A stretch of 12,153 nt of DNA, taken from IMG/VR virus record IMGVR_UViG_2693429719_000002, positions 1 to 12,153 of that record. One strand, written 5' to 3'. This stretch comes from a virus. Its lineage: Duplodnaviria; Heunggongvirae; Uroviricota; Caudoviricetes. This document shows positions 1-7,294 of the stretch, piece by piece; positions within the stretch are counted from its first letter, which is position 1; each line of letters begins with the position of its first letter. The position numbers and the translations under genes are program-made. The notes under the pieces are model-generated. The model worked only from the letters and a program-made list of their open reading frames with translations. It was not told where the DNA came from and did no database searches.

Positions 1-314
1 TGGGCGTAATTCCGGGAAAGCTGCTCATACGAGACACCCAGCCCGGCAGCGATATACCGCAGCAGTGACTGCTCAAACACGGAGTAGCCGTTATCCGTAT
101 CCTGAGCCGTCTGCAGGTTCAGTGAGTCACCCGGCATCAGGTGCGGTACTTTTGCGCCTCCCAGCCGGACCGGCGCTGCGGCGTAATACGCGGCAATTTC
201 ACCAATCCAGCCGGTCAGCCTTTCCCGCTGCTCCTGACTGTTCGCGCCCAGAATAAAATCCATCGCTGACTGCGTATCCAGCTCACTCTCAATGGTGGCG
301 GCATACATCGCCTT
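1..314 (-). CDS. B: Lambda-type portal protein, C-terminal portion (begins ...KAMYAATIESELDTQSAMDFILGAN...); separated from its N-terminal portion by the insert; runs off the window start
   Basis: Minus-strand translation from 314 downward is open to position 1 and reads as the direct continuation of the portal sequence that stops at the right junction (SAIVKA | MYAAT...). Matches my recollection of lambda gpB; not listed in the ORF track because it touches the window edge. Confidence 0.85.
302..314. other. attL junction: core ATCGCCTT (307..314) within CATACATCGCCTT
   Basis: Same 13-mer with one mismatch occurs at 11230..11242 (CATAAATCGCCTT). The identical 8 bp at 307..314 and 11235..11242 is the likely crossover core. 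Confidence 0.7.
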
Positions 315-388
315 TATGAAAAGACAGGAAAAAATAAAATTTAAAAACAGTACATTACGAATACTCAAACCTATCGTTTAAAGGAGTC

Positions 389-410
389 GCAATACACATT
401 GCAATACACG
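389..410 (+). repeat. Tandem GCAATACAC(A) repeats near attL, putative integrase arm-type binding sites
   Basis: gcaatacacattgcaatacacg at 389..410 is nearly identical to 11084..11105 near the other end, between int and attR. Confidence 0.5.
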
Positions 411-650
411 ATTATTTCTCAGATGAGCGGCAAGCATCCAACAACTATCCGTCATAAAGCTGGTGGATGATCACGGATAAACCGTTATGGGAATCCCCAT
501 ATCGGCATCATGCCCACCAGCGTGGCGCATTTTTTTAATTTCGCGGGTTTAAAAATTTGACGAGGCTGGCGGTCCCATAAGCAATGGGGTGTAGGGATTC
601 CGATCCCCCCGGGGTATTAAACACCCACCCTATTTAAATACCGTCTTTTT

Positions 651-700
651 TGTCACTGTGTGTCACTGGTTGTCACTCTCCGTCACAGTATGTCACCATA
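651..700 (+). repeat. Five phased 10-bp repeats (TGTCACnnnn x5)
   Basis: TGTCAC/CGTCAC at 651, 661, 671, 681 and 691, exactly 10 bp apart, just downstream of the last minus-strand gene. Confidence 0.6.
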
Positions 701-702
701 AG

Positions 703-987
703 TTAACGTCGTAACCGCTCCGGCTTCTTCCACTGGTACGTAATTTTTTCTTTCTCCTGGTACATCTGCACGCGGCGACGGTATGACAACATCTCCAGAA
801 CTCTGCTCCGTATGTCGCGCATATCCACGCCGTTAAGCTCAATACCGTCACGGCGCATCACCTCAGCCACCACACGCGCGTAATTTTCGGCTATCACGCT
901 ATCCGGCTGCGTGGCCTTCTGTTTGCCTGCTGCCTGGCTGGCTCCGGTAATGCAGCGAATCATTTTGAGCATTTCGGCTTCGGTCAT
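703..987 (-). CDS. Hypothetical protein (94 aa from ATG at 987; ORF-track version starts at TTG 1017)
   Basis: ORF in track; GGAGG lies 8 nt upstream of the ATG at 987. No family recognised. Confidence 0.5.
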   Translation of the reverse strand: MTEAEMLKMIRCITGASQAAGKQKATQPDSVIAENYARVVAEVMRRDGIELNGVDMRDIRSRVLEMLSYRRRVQMYQEKEKITYQWKKPERLRR

Positions 988-1024
988 TATCATGGCCTCC
1001 GTGGTGATGGAAAACAATGCCGTA

Positions 1025-1250
1025 ATTGTGGCGGGTCCTTCCTGGAAAATGAAACACCGGGGGTAGCCATACGCGCAATTCTTAACTGTTTATGAAAATT
1101 TTTCGGGAAAAGCCAGATCCGTTCTTCTTCTCTGTAACTCATTGTTTAATGGTAAAATCATCAAAAAAAGAAAGGATCTGACAGTGGTCATTTTGGGCCA
1201 AAAATGACGTTATCAGATCCTTTCTCAGTTTTGTTCAATAATTGCGCGGC
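1025..1250 (+). other. Second cos-like segment in plus orientation: lambda-cosB-like arm with three R-site-like elements carrying CAGATCC instead of CGTTTCC, and a diverged cosN-like segment
   Basis: Plus strand 1080..1250 aligns to the remembered lambda left arm (TTTATGAAAATTTT.CGG, CGTTCTTCTTC, AAAAGAAAGGA, GACAG.G, CCTTTCTC.GTTTTTGT). The position equivalent to cosN reads CGGGGGTAGCCATACGCGC, not GGGCGGCGACCT. Confidence 0.5.
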
Positions 1251-1252
1251 TG

Positions 1253-1780
1253 TCACTCACCTTTCTGTTGCCGTAATTTCTCCGGTACGTTTCCGGTTGT
1301 TTCCATCAGATAATCGGACATCATCAGCGGGATATTTTCATCAAGTTTTGCGCATGCGTTACAGGCTCTGATAACTTCTTTTTTCAGGCCATCCAGCATA
1401 GACGGCTTCATATCGGGAAACTTCCTTATCATGACAAGTGGCAGGCTATCCATGATTGAAGAAATCTGACTCGCCAATTTTGAAAGCACGTATATACAAA
1501 ACGCTGTATCAATAACGTCGCCGCGTTCACGCTCGTTTTTAAGCTCCTGCGCCTCTGCCTGTGCTGTCAGTAATCTGATCCTGACTCGTAGGAGTTCATC
1601 ATCATCAATCTCGCCCGTTTCGTTTGTAATCTGGCTGATTGCATTGTTAACCCGATTATCTATTACACTGGCGACATCATAAAACGCCTCGCGGCCCTTA
1701 CGCTCGACGGGAATCACTCCCCACTTATCGAACGCAGTGGCGCTTACACGGCAACTTTTTGCCATGTTTTTTTTGTTCAT
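1253..1780 (-). CDS. Terminase small subunit, lambda Nu1-like (conserved C-terminal part, divergent N-terminal winged-HTH)
   Basis: C-terminal two-thirds aligns to lambda Nu1 (LLTAQAEAQELKNERERGDVIDTAFCIYVLSKLASQISSIMDSLPL... vs [46 protein letters not shown]...). N-terminus is related but substituted in the putative recognition helix. Start set at the internal ATG (MNKKN, 1780) by alignment with Nu1 MEVNKK. Confidence 0.85.
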   Translation of the reverse strand: MNKKNMAKSCRVSATAFDKWGVIPVERKGREAFYDVASVIDNRVNNAISQITNETGEIDDDELLRVRIRLLTAQAEAQELKNERERGDVIDTAFCIYVLSKLASQISSIMDSLPLVMIRKFPDMKPSMLDGLKKEVIRACNACAKLDENIPLMMSDYLMETTGNVPEKLRQQKGE

Positions 1781-1894
1781 CAGGTGCAATTTCATTGATA
1801 CCACAACTTAATTACTGTTTCAGGTTGGTGTATTGATTGTACTTTTCTCTTATTATTCATGCAGATACAGCGAACAACAAAACCACCACCAGTC

Positions 1895-1990
1895 CCCTTA
1901 AAATGCTCATAAATAGCGAAAACCCGCGAGGTCGCCGCCCCGTAGCCTACCGGATCGCCGGAAAGGACCCGCCAGCCAGAACGGGCCCTA
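1895..1990 (-). other. Lambda-type cos site (cosQ-like sequence, cosN, first ~22 nt of the left arm) upstream of the Nu1-like gene
   Basis: Minus strand reads GGCGGGTCCTTTCCGGCGATCCGGTAGGCTACG GGGCGGCGACCT CGCGGGTTTTCGCTATTTATGA, near-identical to the remembered lambda right end, cosN and left end. Sequence then diverges from lambda cosB (1781..1894). Confidence 0.75.
1929..1940 (-). other. cosN cohesive-end sequence GGGCGGCGACCT (minus-strand reading)
   Basis: Plus strand shows AGGTCGCCGCCC, the exact reverse complement of the lambda 12-nt cohesive end. Confidence 0.75.
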
Positions 1991-1996
1991 ATTTCA

Positions 1997-2380
1997 TCAA
2001 CCAATCAACTTATAGCGACCATCCCGCGCATTGCGACGTACACGCTCAATCTTGAGGCATAGCGCCGCATCTGGCTTTTTTGGGACAGGTACGCGGCAAT
2101 ATTCAGAAGCTCGAGGAATATTGTTTATCCAGTCGATCACTTCACTTAAATACCAGGCCTTACGCCCTTCCGTAACCTGTACGCGTTCGGGGAACTCTCC
2201 GCGAGCCTCAAGGTTTAGCAATGTGCGACGGCTAAGGGTAGTAAGTTCCATCACCTGATTCATATCAACAAGGCGTTCACTTAAACGCATTTTGTCAGCA
2301 ATAGCCTTTAATTCCTCTACTGCTGGATCCGGATACATCATTTCGGCAATTGGCTTAAGGTCATTGTAATGATTCTGCAT
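1997..2380 (-). CDS. AlpA-family helix-turn-helix protein with a ~40-aa N-terminal extension (second AlpA-like gene of the island)
   Basis: Contains MNQVMELTTLSRRTLLNLEARGEFPERVQVTEGRKAWYLSEVIDWI, typical of AlpA/excisionase-type HTH. GGGGG RBS 5 nt upstream of ATG; starts 11 nt after the decoration gene stop. Confidence 0.65.
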   Translation of the reverse strand: MQNHYNDLKPIAEMMYPDPAVEELKAIADKMRLSERLVDMNQVMELTTLSRRTLLNLEARGEFPERVQVTEGRKAWYLSEVIDWINNIPRASEYCRVPVPKKPDAALCLKIERVRRNARDGRYKLIG

Positions 2381-2391
2381 TGTATCCCCCT

Positions 2392-2733
2392 TTACACACG
2401 AGCCAGCGGCTGAACAGAAATACCTGAGCCAACAAACGCGGCAACCTTTGCCGACAGTTCTTTTACAGACTCAGGCCAGTTCAGAGCATCAACATTTAAA
2501 ACACCTGTCTTATAAACCTGTGCCTGTGTTTTTTTCGCTGTGTCGATTTGTACAGCGGAAACATAAACCGCTTTACCTACGCTCGAACCATCCCATACCA
2601 CCAGTGCACCTGTTGCATCTTCCTGCATCAGTGGCGTAAATGCAGGAATTACCCCTTTATTAGCTGAAAATATCCCCAGCGTAGTCACCAGTGCTTCAGT
2701 GCCAGCCATGAGTTCAGTGTAATGAGTAGCCAT
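2392..2733 (-). CDS. Head decoration protein, lambda gpD-like
   Basis: Aligns to lambda gpD (TPLMQEDATGALVVWDGSS vs TPLMLDTSSRKLVAWDGTT; WPESVKELSAKVAAFVGSGISV vs [23 protein letters not shown]). Confidence 0.8.
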   Translation of the reverse strand: MATHYTELMAGTEALVTTLGIFSANKGVIPAFTPLMQEDATGALVVWDGSSVGKAVYVSAVQIDTAKKTQAQVYKTGVLNVDALNWPESVKELSAKVAAFVGSGISVQPLARV

Positions 2734-2742
2734 TGCTCCCCC

Positions 2743-3789
2743 TTAGCCAATGCGAACGGTAACAAAACGATTGATGCGGGCCGGTATTGGCTGTGGTGCT
2801 GAATGTGTCTGCACATATTCAATAGCCGGATCACCAGGCACAATATAGTTTTTCGGTGCAAGTTCGGCTTTAGTCAGCCCCATTCGGATTAGCTCCGGAT
2901 CCTGAATACCGCCATAGGCGACAATCCCCTGAAGAGCCGTATTGCCAAGCACCATCAAATCAGGATCAAGGAAATGTTTTTCTGTTCCGTCCTCGTCGGT
3001 ATAACGCCCGCTGTAAACAACAATCGCAACATCGCCCATATACCCTTTAAAACTCACCGAATCACCAAGGTCTTTAAGGGCCGTTTCCAGTTCGGAATTA
3101 GAACCACGACGGGTATCCAAAGCCTCTTTTATCGCTCTGAATGAACGGTATTTCTTCCATACATTACCACCCATAATGATGATATTAGTGACGCCCTCAC
3201 TAAATTCTGCGTAGCTCTCAATATCATCATTTGGATCAAAAGTTTCTTTATCCTTACCTGACCACTCAGTACCGCCAGACTGAGTGATGATATTTTGTGG
3301 TTTTATATTCCAGTCCAGCTCATAACGTTCAATACCATCGCCCTCAATGATATTTTTCCCCGTTGTGATTGCCTGAACAGCAAGCCATTCAATACGTGCA
3401 CGAATAGCTTTAGCCTGATTTACAATCGCCTGTTTAACTTTAATATTACGCGCCCCAAAAGCATTGTATTGCTCAGGTGACACACCAGCAGGGCGCACAG
3501 CTAACTTATTTGGATCAATGCTGCTTTTCGGCTTCATATAACCTGGACGAATTGTTTTTGATTCGTATCCCTCATCTCGTGAAACTTTACTGCCCACCAT
3601 AGGAGAGCAAAACGCCGCGATCGGGATATTTGGATCGTCGATCGTATCAAGAATAATGTCTCTCGATTCAAACATTACCGAGCGAGTGAAAAACAAACTG
3701 GTAAACAACGCATTTAATTTTTTTTGCACATCTTCAGCATTAGCCACCTGCACAAGCTGTGTAGGCGAATATAAATCAACCATACTCAT
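2743..3789 (-). CDS. Major capsid protein, lambda gpE family
   Basis: Strong similarity to lambda gpE (NIITQSGGTEWSGKDKETFDPNDDIESYA vs NITQSGGTEWSKRDKSTYDPTDDIEAYA; LDTRRGSNSELETALKDLG; GDVAIVVYSG; MVLGNT). Start trimmed to MSMVDLY (3789), AAGAGG RBS adjacent; the ATG at 3783 is an alternative. Confidence 0.9.
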   Translation of the reverse strand: MSMVDLYSPTQLVQVANAEDVQKKLNALFTSLFFTRSVMFESRDIILDTIDDPNIPIAAFCSPMVGSKVSRDEGYESKTIRPGYMKPKSSIDPNKLAVRPAGVSPEQYNAFGARNIKVKQAIVNQAKAIRARIEWLAVQAITTGKNIIEGDGIERYELDWNIKPQNIITQSGGTEWSGKDKETFDPNDDIESYAEFSEGVTNIIIMGGNVWKKYRSFRAIKEALDTRRGSNSELETALKDLGDSVSFKGYMGDVAIVVYSGRYTDEDGTEKHFLDPDLMVLGNTALQGIVAYGGIQDPELIRMGLTKAELAPKNYIVPGDPAIEYVQTHSAPQPIPARINRFVTVRIG

Positions 3790-3954
3790 CCTCTTTACAT
3801 TCATTACAAATAATTGTGAATATATTCTATTACCGATGTCTGCTATGCGAATACATGCAACCAAGTGCAATGTTGTATAAAATATGCCGTAACAACTTCA
3901 GTGCTGATAATTCGTGTTAATGTATTTACTTCCTTTGGTCGGGATTTATGTAGC

Positions 3955-3983
3955 ATGCCGGAAAATCTATTTTTTTCCGGCAT
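3955..3983 (+). terminator. Perfect 11-bp inverted repeat (ATGCCGGAAAA ... TTTTCCGGCAT) followed by CTTTTTGTTTG on the plus strand
   Basis: Read directly; lies in the SSB-capsid intergenic region. T-run follows only on the plus strand, antisense to the operon. Confidence 0.3.
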
Positions 3984-4000
3984 CTTTTTGTTTGCAGAAT

Positions 4001-4423
4001 TTAAAACGGTATATTATCGCCGTACGGATCATCATTCCCCGACTGTTGTTTTGCCCTGTTCAGTGCGTCAGTGGCCTGCCCCTGCTGGCCTTTTTTGCCG
4101 CCCGGTCGCGCCGTTCGCGCACTGATTACGCTGTCTGCGATAACCTGCCAGCCCCGCCGCGTTTCGCCGTTCTGGCCTGTCCACTGGCTTACCTGCATGT
4201 TACCCGCCACGCTCACCAGTTCGCCTTTGTGGTGTCTGGCCAGTGCGTCAGCCTGTCTGCCAAACGCCAGGACGGATAACCACATCGTCGCCGTTCCGTC
4301 ATCTGCCTGGCTGCACGGCAGGGGAACCGCCATACTCGCCATCGCCATTTGTGTCCCTTTGCTGGTGGTCTTTAACTGCGGGTCAGCCACCAGCCGCCCG
4401 TAAGCCGCTATCTGTGCTGTCAT
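4001..4423 (-). CDS. ssb: Single-stranded DNA-binding protein (SSB-like)
   Basis: OB-fold region similar to E. coli SSB (WLSVLAFGRQADALARH..GELVSVAGNMQVSQWTGQNGETR vs [43 protein letters not shown]). Acidic C-terminal tail ends ...DDPYGDNIPF, like DDDIPF. Confidence 0.8.
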   Translation of the reverse strand: MTAQIAAYGRLVADPQLKTTSKGTQMAMASMAVPLPCSQADDGTATMWLSVLAFGRQADALARHHKGELVSVAGNMQVSQWTGQNGETRRGWQVIADSVISARTARPGGKKGQQGQATDALNRAKQQSGNDDPYGDNIPF

Positions 4424-4665
4424 GCTGTCTGCTCTCCGGTTTTAACGTTGATGGTTGTCACCTGTTCCGCTTCGGCAATCTCCCGTTCTGTCAGCGTGGC
4501 AAAGTTTGCCGCCGTCGTGGCCATGAATGCGCTTATCAGTTCGGGATGTGCTTTCGCGTATCCCTCTCCCGCGTTGCGGTCGATGATTTTTATCGCCACC
4601 CTCAGCCAGTGTTCTGTCAAATCAAGGGCGTGAGATTGTGGTTTTTTTGCGTGCTTCGTTGTCAC
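4420..4665 (-). CDS. Hypothetical protein (81 aa, GTG start), translationally coupled to ssb
   Basis: GAGGT lies 7 nt upstream of the GTG; stop overlaps the ssb start (ATGA). No family recognised. Confidence 0.5.
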   Translation of the reverse strand: MTTKHAKKPQSHALDLTEHWLRVAIKIIDRNAGEGYAKAHPELISAFMATTAANFATLTEREIAEAEQVTTINVKTGEQTA

Positions 4666-4699
4666 AGGCTTTACCTCACAGCAATAAAATAAAATTTTT

Positions 4700-4945
4700 G
4701 CATTTTAACCCTTCACCTGTTCACCTTTTGCGATTTTCCCTTTTTATTCATGATGTTAAGGGGTGAACAGTTTCACAAAAACTATTCACCAACTGTTCAC
4801 CACTGTTCACCCTTAAAGCTCAATAAATAATCAAAAAGGTGAACAGTGAATAGTTTGGTGAACAGTTCACAAATAACTGTTCACCCTATAATGTACTGAT
4901 ATAAAAGACATTTATGACAGGGTGAACAGTGGTGAACAGTTATTC
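4700..4945. repeat. Iteron array (about 10 copies of GGTGAACAG / CTGTTCACC in both orientations) in an AT-rich region; putative origin of replication
   Basis: Copies at about 4716, 4762, 4782, 4792, 4803, 4838, 4857, 4878, 4921 and 4931, immediately downstream of the primase-helicase gene. Confidence 0.65.
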
Positions 4946-4952
4946 CATAAGT

Positions 4953-6758
4953 TTAATTTTTTCCATCGTCATTTGTGACCGATGTACATGATGGCATCCA
5001 GTCTTCTGAATCCTCTGTCAGGGTCACATTTGAACGCAAACCGTGCTTCGTTTTCCGTTTCATATACTCCCTGCCATATTCCGCCATTGCCCCCGGCATA
5101 TCTTTACCGAAGCGCGTCAGTGTTACAGGTTTACCGAATCCGTGTGCCCTCATATATGCCAGATAGGCGTGATAAAGATACCTGCGCGGACTGAACGGAA
5201 TAATTTCGGCATTACCCACTAACAGACCATCACACATTACCGACGACATGAGATAGCCGCAGAAGTCCACCAGCGAATCGCCCTCGCGTTTTATCACCAG
5301 AGCTTCTTCTGATTTCTGCTGCTCATACAGCAGGCGTTTAGCTTCGTCCTGGTCAGAAAAACGAGTAAGCAGGTGGCGAATCACAACCGCCAGCTCTCCT
5401 TCTATTTTTTCTGCCAGCATGGGGTCGCGTTCGTTTTCCGGTACAACCTCCGAAAAATTGAATATCACCCGACGACGTGAGATCCCCCCGCTGCGGTCAC
5501 TGAATGACATGGCGTTATTGTTCACCGCCAGCACGACCGCCTGAATGCGTGTTGAGTAGGGAGCTTTATGTTTCGGGTCAATTGCCACCTTGTCACCGCC
5601 TGTAATGGCCTTAATTCCTGCACCATCACCAGCGTAGCGGGTCATATCCGGCATGATAATCAGCGAAAAGCCAACCACTAACGCGCGTTCCCTGGCATCT
5701 TCCAGCGCCTTCATGCTTGCCGACACCGTGTTGGCCTTACCCGCCAGCATGGTGCAAATCTCCGCCATTACGCTTTTACCGCTTCCACCCGGCCCCGTTA
5801 CCTCAAGAAATAACTGCCAGTCGTATCGGTTCGCCAGCACCATGAATAACGCCGCCAGTACGCGATCCGCTTTACGGTCATTCTCTGCCACCGAACGGCG
5901 CAACCATTTCCAGAAATTCGGCGCATGCGTTGCCAGCGTTTCCCCCTCTGCTGGTGGGCTGAACGGTAATTCACTGGCAATTAACAGCCAGTCGTTTTTG
6001 TCATGCTCCCGAAAATCGCCTGTCCGGGTATCAAAAACACCGTTACTGAATCCAATCAGGTTACGGGCGGTATTTCCCATTACGGGCAAACTTAACTTCA
6101 TGGTATCGACCGCCGATTTGATGGCGTTCTGCGAATAACTGATCTCCGCATCAATAAAAATCTGCGCCATAGCCCGCTGTAACTCTTTATCCTGTACCGG
6201 CTCCCATACAACGCCGTTGTAGTGGTGAACTGTGTCAGAGTCCGCATTGATTGCCAGTTCACCGCCATAATGGGCCAGGAGAACTTCGCCGCGCTGGCTT
6301 GCTCCCATCTGGTTAAGCGCCAGTGGTGCGGCGCTGTCTTCTGTTTTTTTCTTAACAGGAAGCTGAATAACCAGACCATCAGAAAGATTCTGGCGCTCAC
6401 GCTCCAGATATTCGCGCCACTCCTCCCGCTTCTGGCTGTGCATTCCCTCAGGGTAATAATTCGCATCCCGTACACCTGCCGCCGCCAGCTTTTGCCCGAT
6501 GGCATTAATATTTGACGGCTTGATGTGGCCTGCCTTGTACAGCCGGACACAATAGCGACCATCGTCGATAATTTTCAGGTCTGCCAGTTCGTCAAGCTGG
6601 CTGTCTCCCAGCCATACAGGCGGAACATTGTCACCAGCAAGTCGCCCGTCCTGCTCCTGCCATTGTTTCGCGTGCGCCCAGGCATCACTACCCGCAAAAA
6701 TAATGACTTCGGTCATTTTGTCGTGCGGCTGTTTTTTTAAGTTCGGTGCCAGTTTCAT
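4953..6758 (-). CDS. Primase-helicase / replication initiator with P-loop NTPase domain
   Basis: 601-aa ORF with Walker A motif (EVTGPGGSGKSVMAEICTML) and an N-terminal primase-like region. Usual position for a satellite replication protein, followed by iterons. Confidence 0.85.
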   Translation of the reverse strand: MKLAPNLKKQPHDKMTEVIIFAGSDAWAHAKQWQEQDGRLAGDNVPPVWLGDSQLDELADLKIIDDGRYCVRLYKAGHIKPSNINAIGQKLAAAGVRDANYYPEGMHSQKREEWREYLERERQNLSDGLVIQLPVKKKTEDSAAPLALNQMGASQRGEVLLAHYGGELAINADSDTVHHYNGVVWEPVQDKELQRAMAQIFIDAEISYSQNAIKSAVDTMKLSLPVMGNTARNLIGFSNGVFDTRTGDFREHDKNDWLLIASELPFSPPAEGETLATHAPNFWKWLRRSVAENDRKADRVLAALFMVLANRYDWQLFLEVTGPGGSGKSVMAEICTMLAGKANTVSASMKALEDARERALVVGFSLIIMPDMTRYAGDGAGIKAITGGDKVAIDPKHKAPYSTRIQAVVLAVNNNAMSFSDRSGGISRRRVIFNFSEVVPENERDPMLAEKIEGELAVVIRHLLTRFSDQDEAKRLLYEQQKSEEALVIKREGDSLVDFCGYLMSSVMCDGLLVGNAEIIPFSPRRYLYHAYLAYMRAHGFGKPVTLTRFGKDMPGAMAEYGREYMKRKTKHGLRSNVTLTEDSEDWMPSCTSVTNDDGKN

Positions 6759-7069
6759 TTTGCCTTTCCCCGTTCACGAATAATTTCACGTACTGCCTTA
6801 ATGCGTTCCATACCTGTAACGCGCATGATTCTGTCGATGTCGCTTAAGTTCGCTGGTGGTGCTTTGCTTACCAGGGTGAATTCACTCTCAAAACGCATAT
6901 GTGACGACACGCAGGGATGCGCATAACCTTCGCGGATATAAGTCACGCGAAAATCGTCAACGGTTTTTATCGTTATTCGTCCGCCGTATTTATCTTTGAA
7001 AATATCGTCGGGGCGGATTTCAGGCCGAGCGGGGCCGCTGGCAGTAAAGCCAGAATTTTTCTTTTTCAT
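6755..7069 (-). CDS. Hypothetical protein (104 aa), translationally coupled to the primase-helicase gene
   Basis: ORF in track; stop overlaps the primase start (ATGA). No family recognised. Confidence 0.55.
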   Translation of the reverse strand: MKKKNSGFTASGPARPEIRPDDIFKDKYGGRITIKTVDDFRVTYIREGYAHPCVSSHMRFESEFTLVSKAPPANLSDIDRIMRVTGMERIKAVREIIRERGKAK

Positions 7070-7075
7070 GTTTTT

Positions 7076-7294
7076 TTACTCCAGAGGCAGCTTTTTAGCG
7101 GCGAGCTCAATATCAGATGTCAGAGAAACCTGTGTATTTGCCAGGTCTAACAACAAAGAAATAAGAATTTCCTCTCTGCTATCGGATTTATCGGTGCTAA
7201 GGCTGTTCATCCACATATTGACGACTTCCCTGATTTTTTTCGCGGAGTGCAGGGCTTCAAATGCCAGGTCTTCAATATCACGTTTATTTCGCAT
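7076..7294 (-). CDS. Hypothetical protein (72 aa from ATG at 7294)
   Basis: ORF in track; start moved to the internal ATG (MRNKRD) preceded by a GGGGG RBS. Confidence 0.45.
   Translation of the reverse strand: MRNKRDIEDLAFEALHSAKKIREVVNMWMNSLSTDKSDSREEILISLLLDLANTQVSLTSDIELAAKKLPLE

Noticed and set aside
65-256. Plus-strand ORF 65..256
   Set aside because: Antisense to the portal C-terminal coding sequence.
300-420. tRNA or tmRNA gene as integration target at either junction
   Set aside because: No tRNA-like acceptor or T-arm structure was evident by eye near either junction (no tRNA-scanning computation was run); both junctions instead lie inside a protein-coding frame (portal).
611-650. 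Weak AT-rich hairpin + T-run (GGTATTAAA...TTTAAATACC GTCTTTTTT) as a terminator
   Set aside because: Stem is AT-rich and imperfect and the T-run is on the plus strand, whereas the adjacent operon is minus-strand. Could be a terminator for incoming plus-strand transcription, but support is weak.
1792-2258. ORFs 1792..2004 (-), 1837..2055 (+), 2031..2258 (+) over the cos region and the AlpA-like gene
   Set aside because: They span the cos site, which matches remembered lambda cos as DNA rather than coding sequence, or lie antisense to the AlpA-like gene.
3790-4000. Specific -35/-10 promoter call for the capsid gene
   Set aside because: Several partial matches but none convincing by eye; needs a scoring matrix or 5'-end data.
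3914-4692. Plus-strand ORFs 3914..4279, 4071..4403, 4243..4692, 4448..4633
   Set aside because: Antisense to the SSB and 81-aa genes; Cys/Pro/Arg-rich translations typical of wrong-strand reading.
4700-4945. Possibility that the GGTGAACAG repeats are a CRISPR array
   Set aside because: Repeats are only 9 bp, occur in both orientations with irregular spacing, and have no unique spacers of uniform length.
5653-6562. ORFs 5653..6138 (+), 5798..5980 (-), 6098..6562 (-), 6222..6515 (+) inside the primase-helicase gene
   Set aside because: Entirely embedded in or antisense to a long, well-supported CDS; odd composition and no RBS. Treated as frame shadows.
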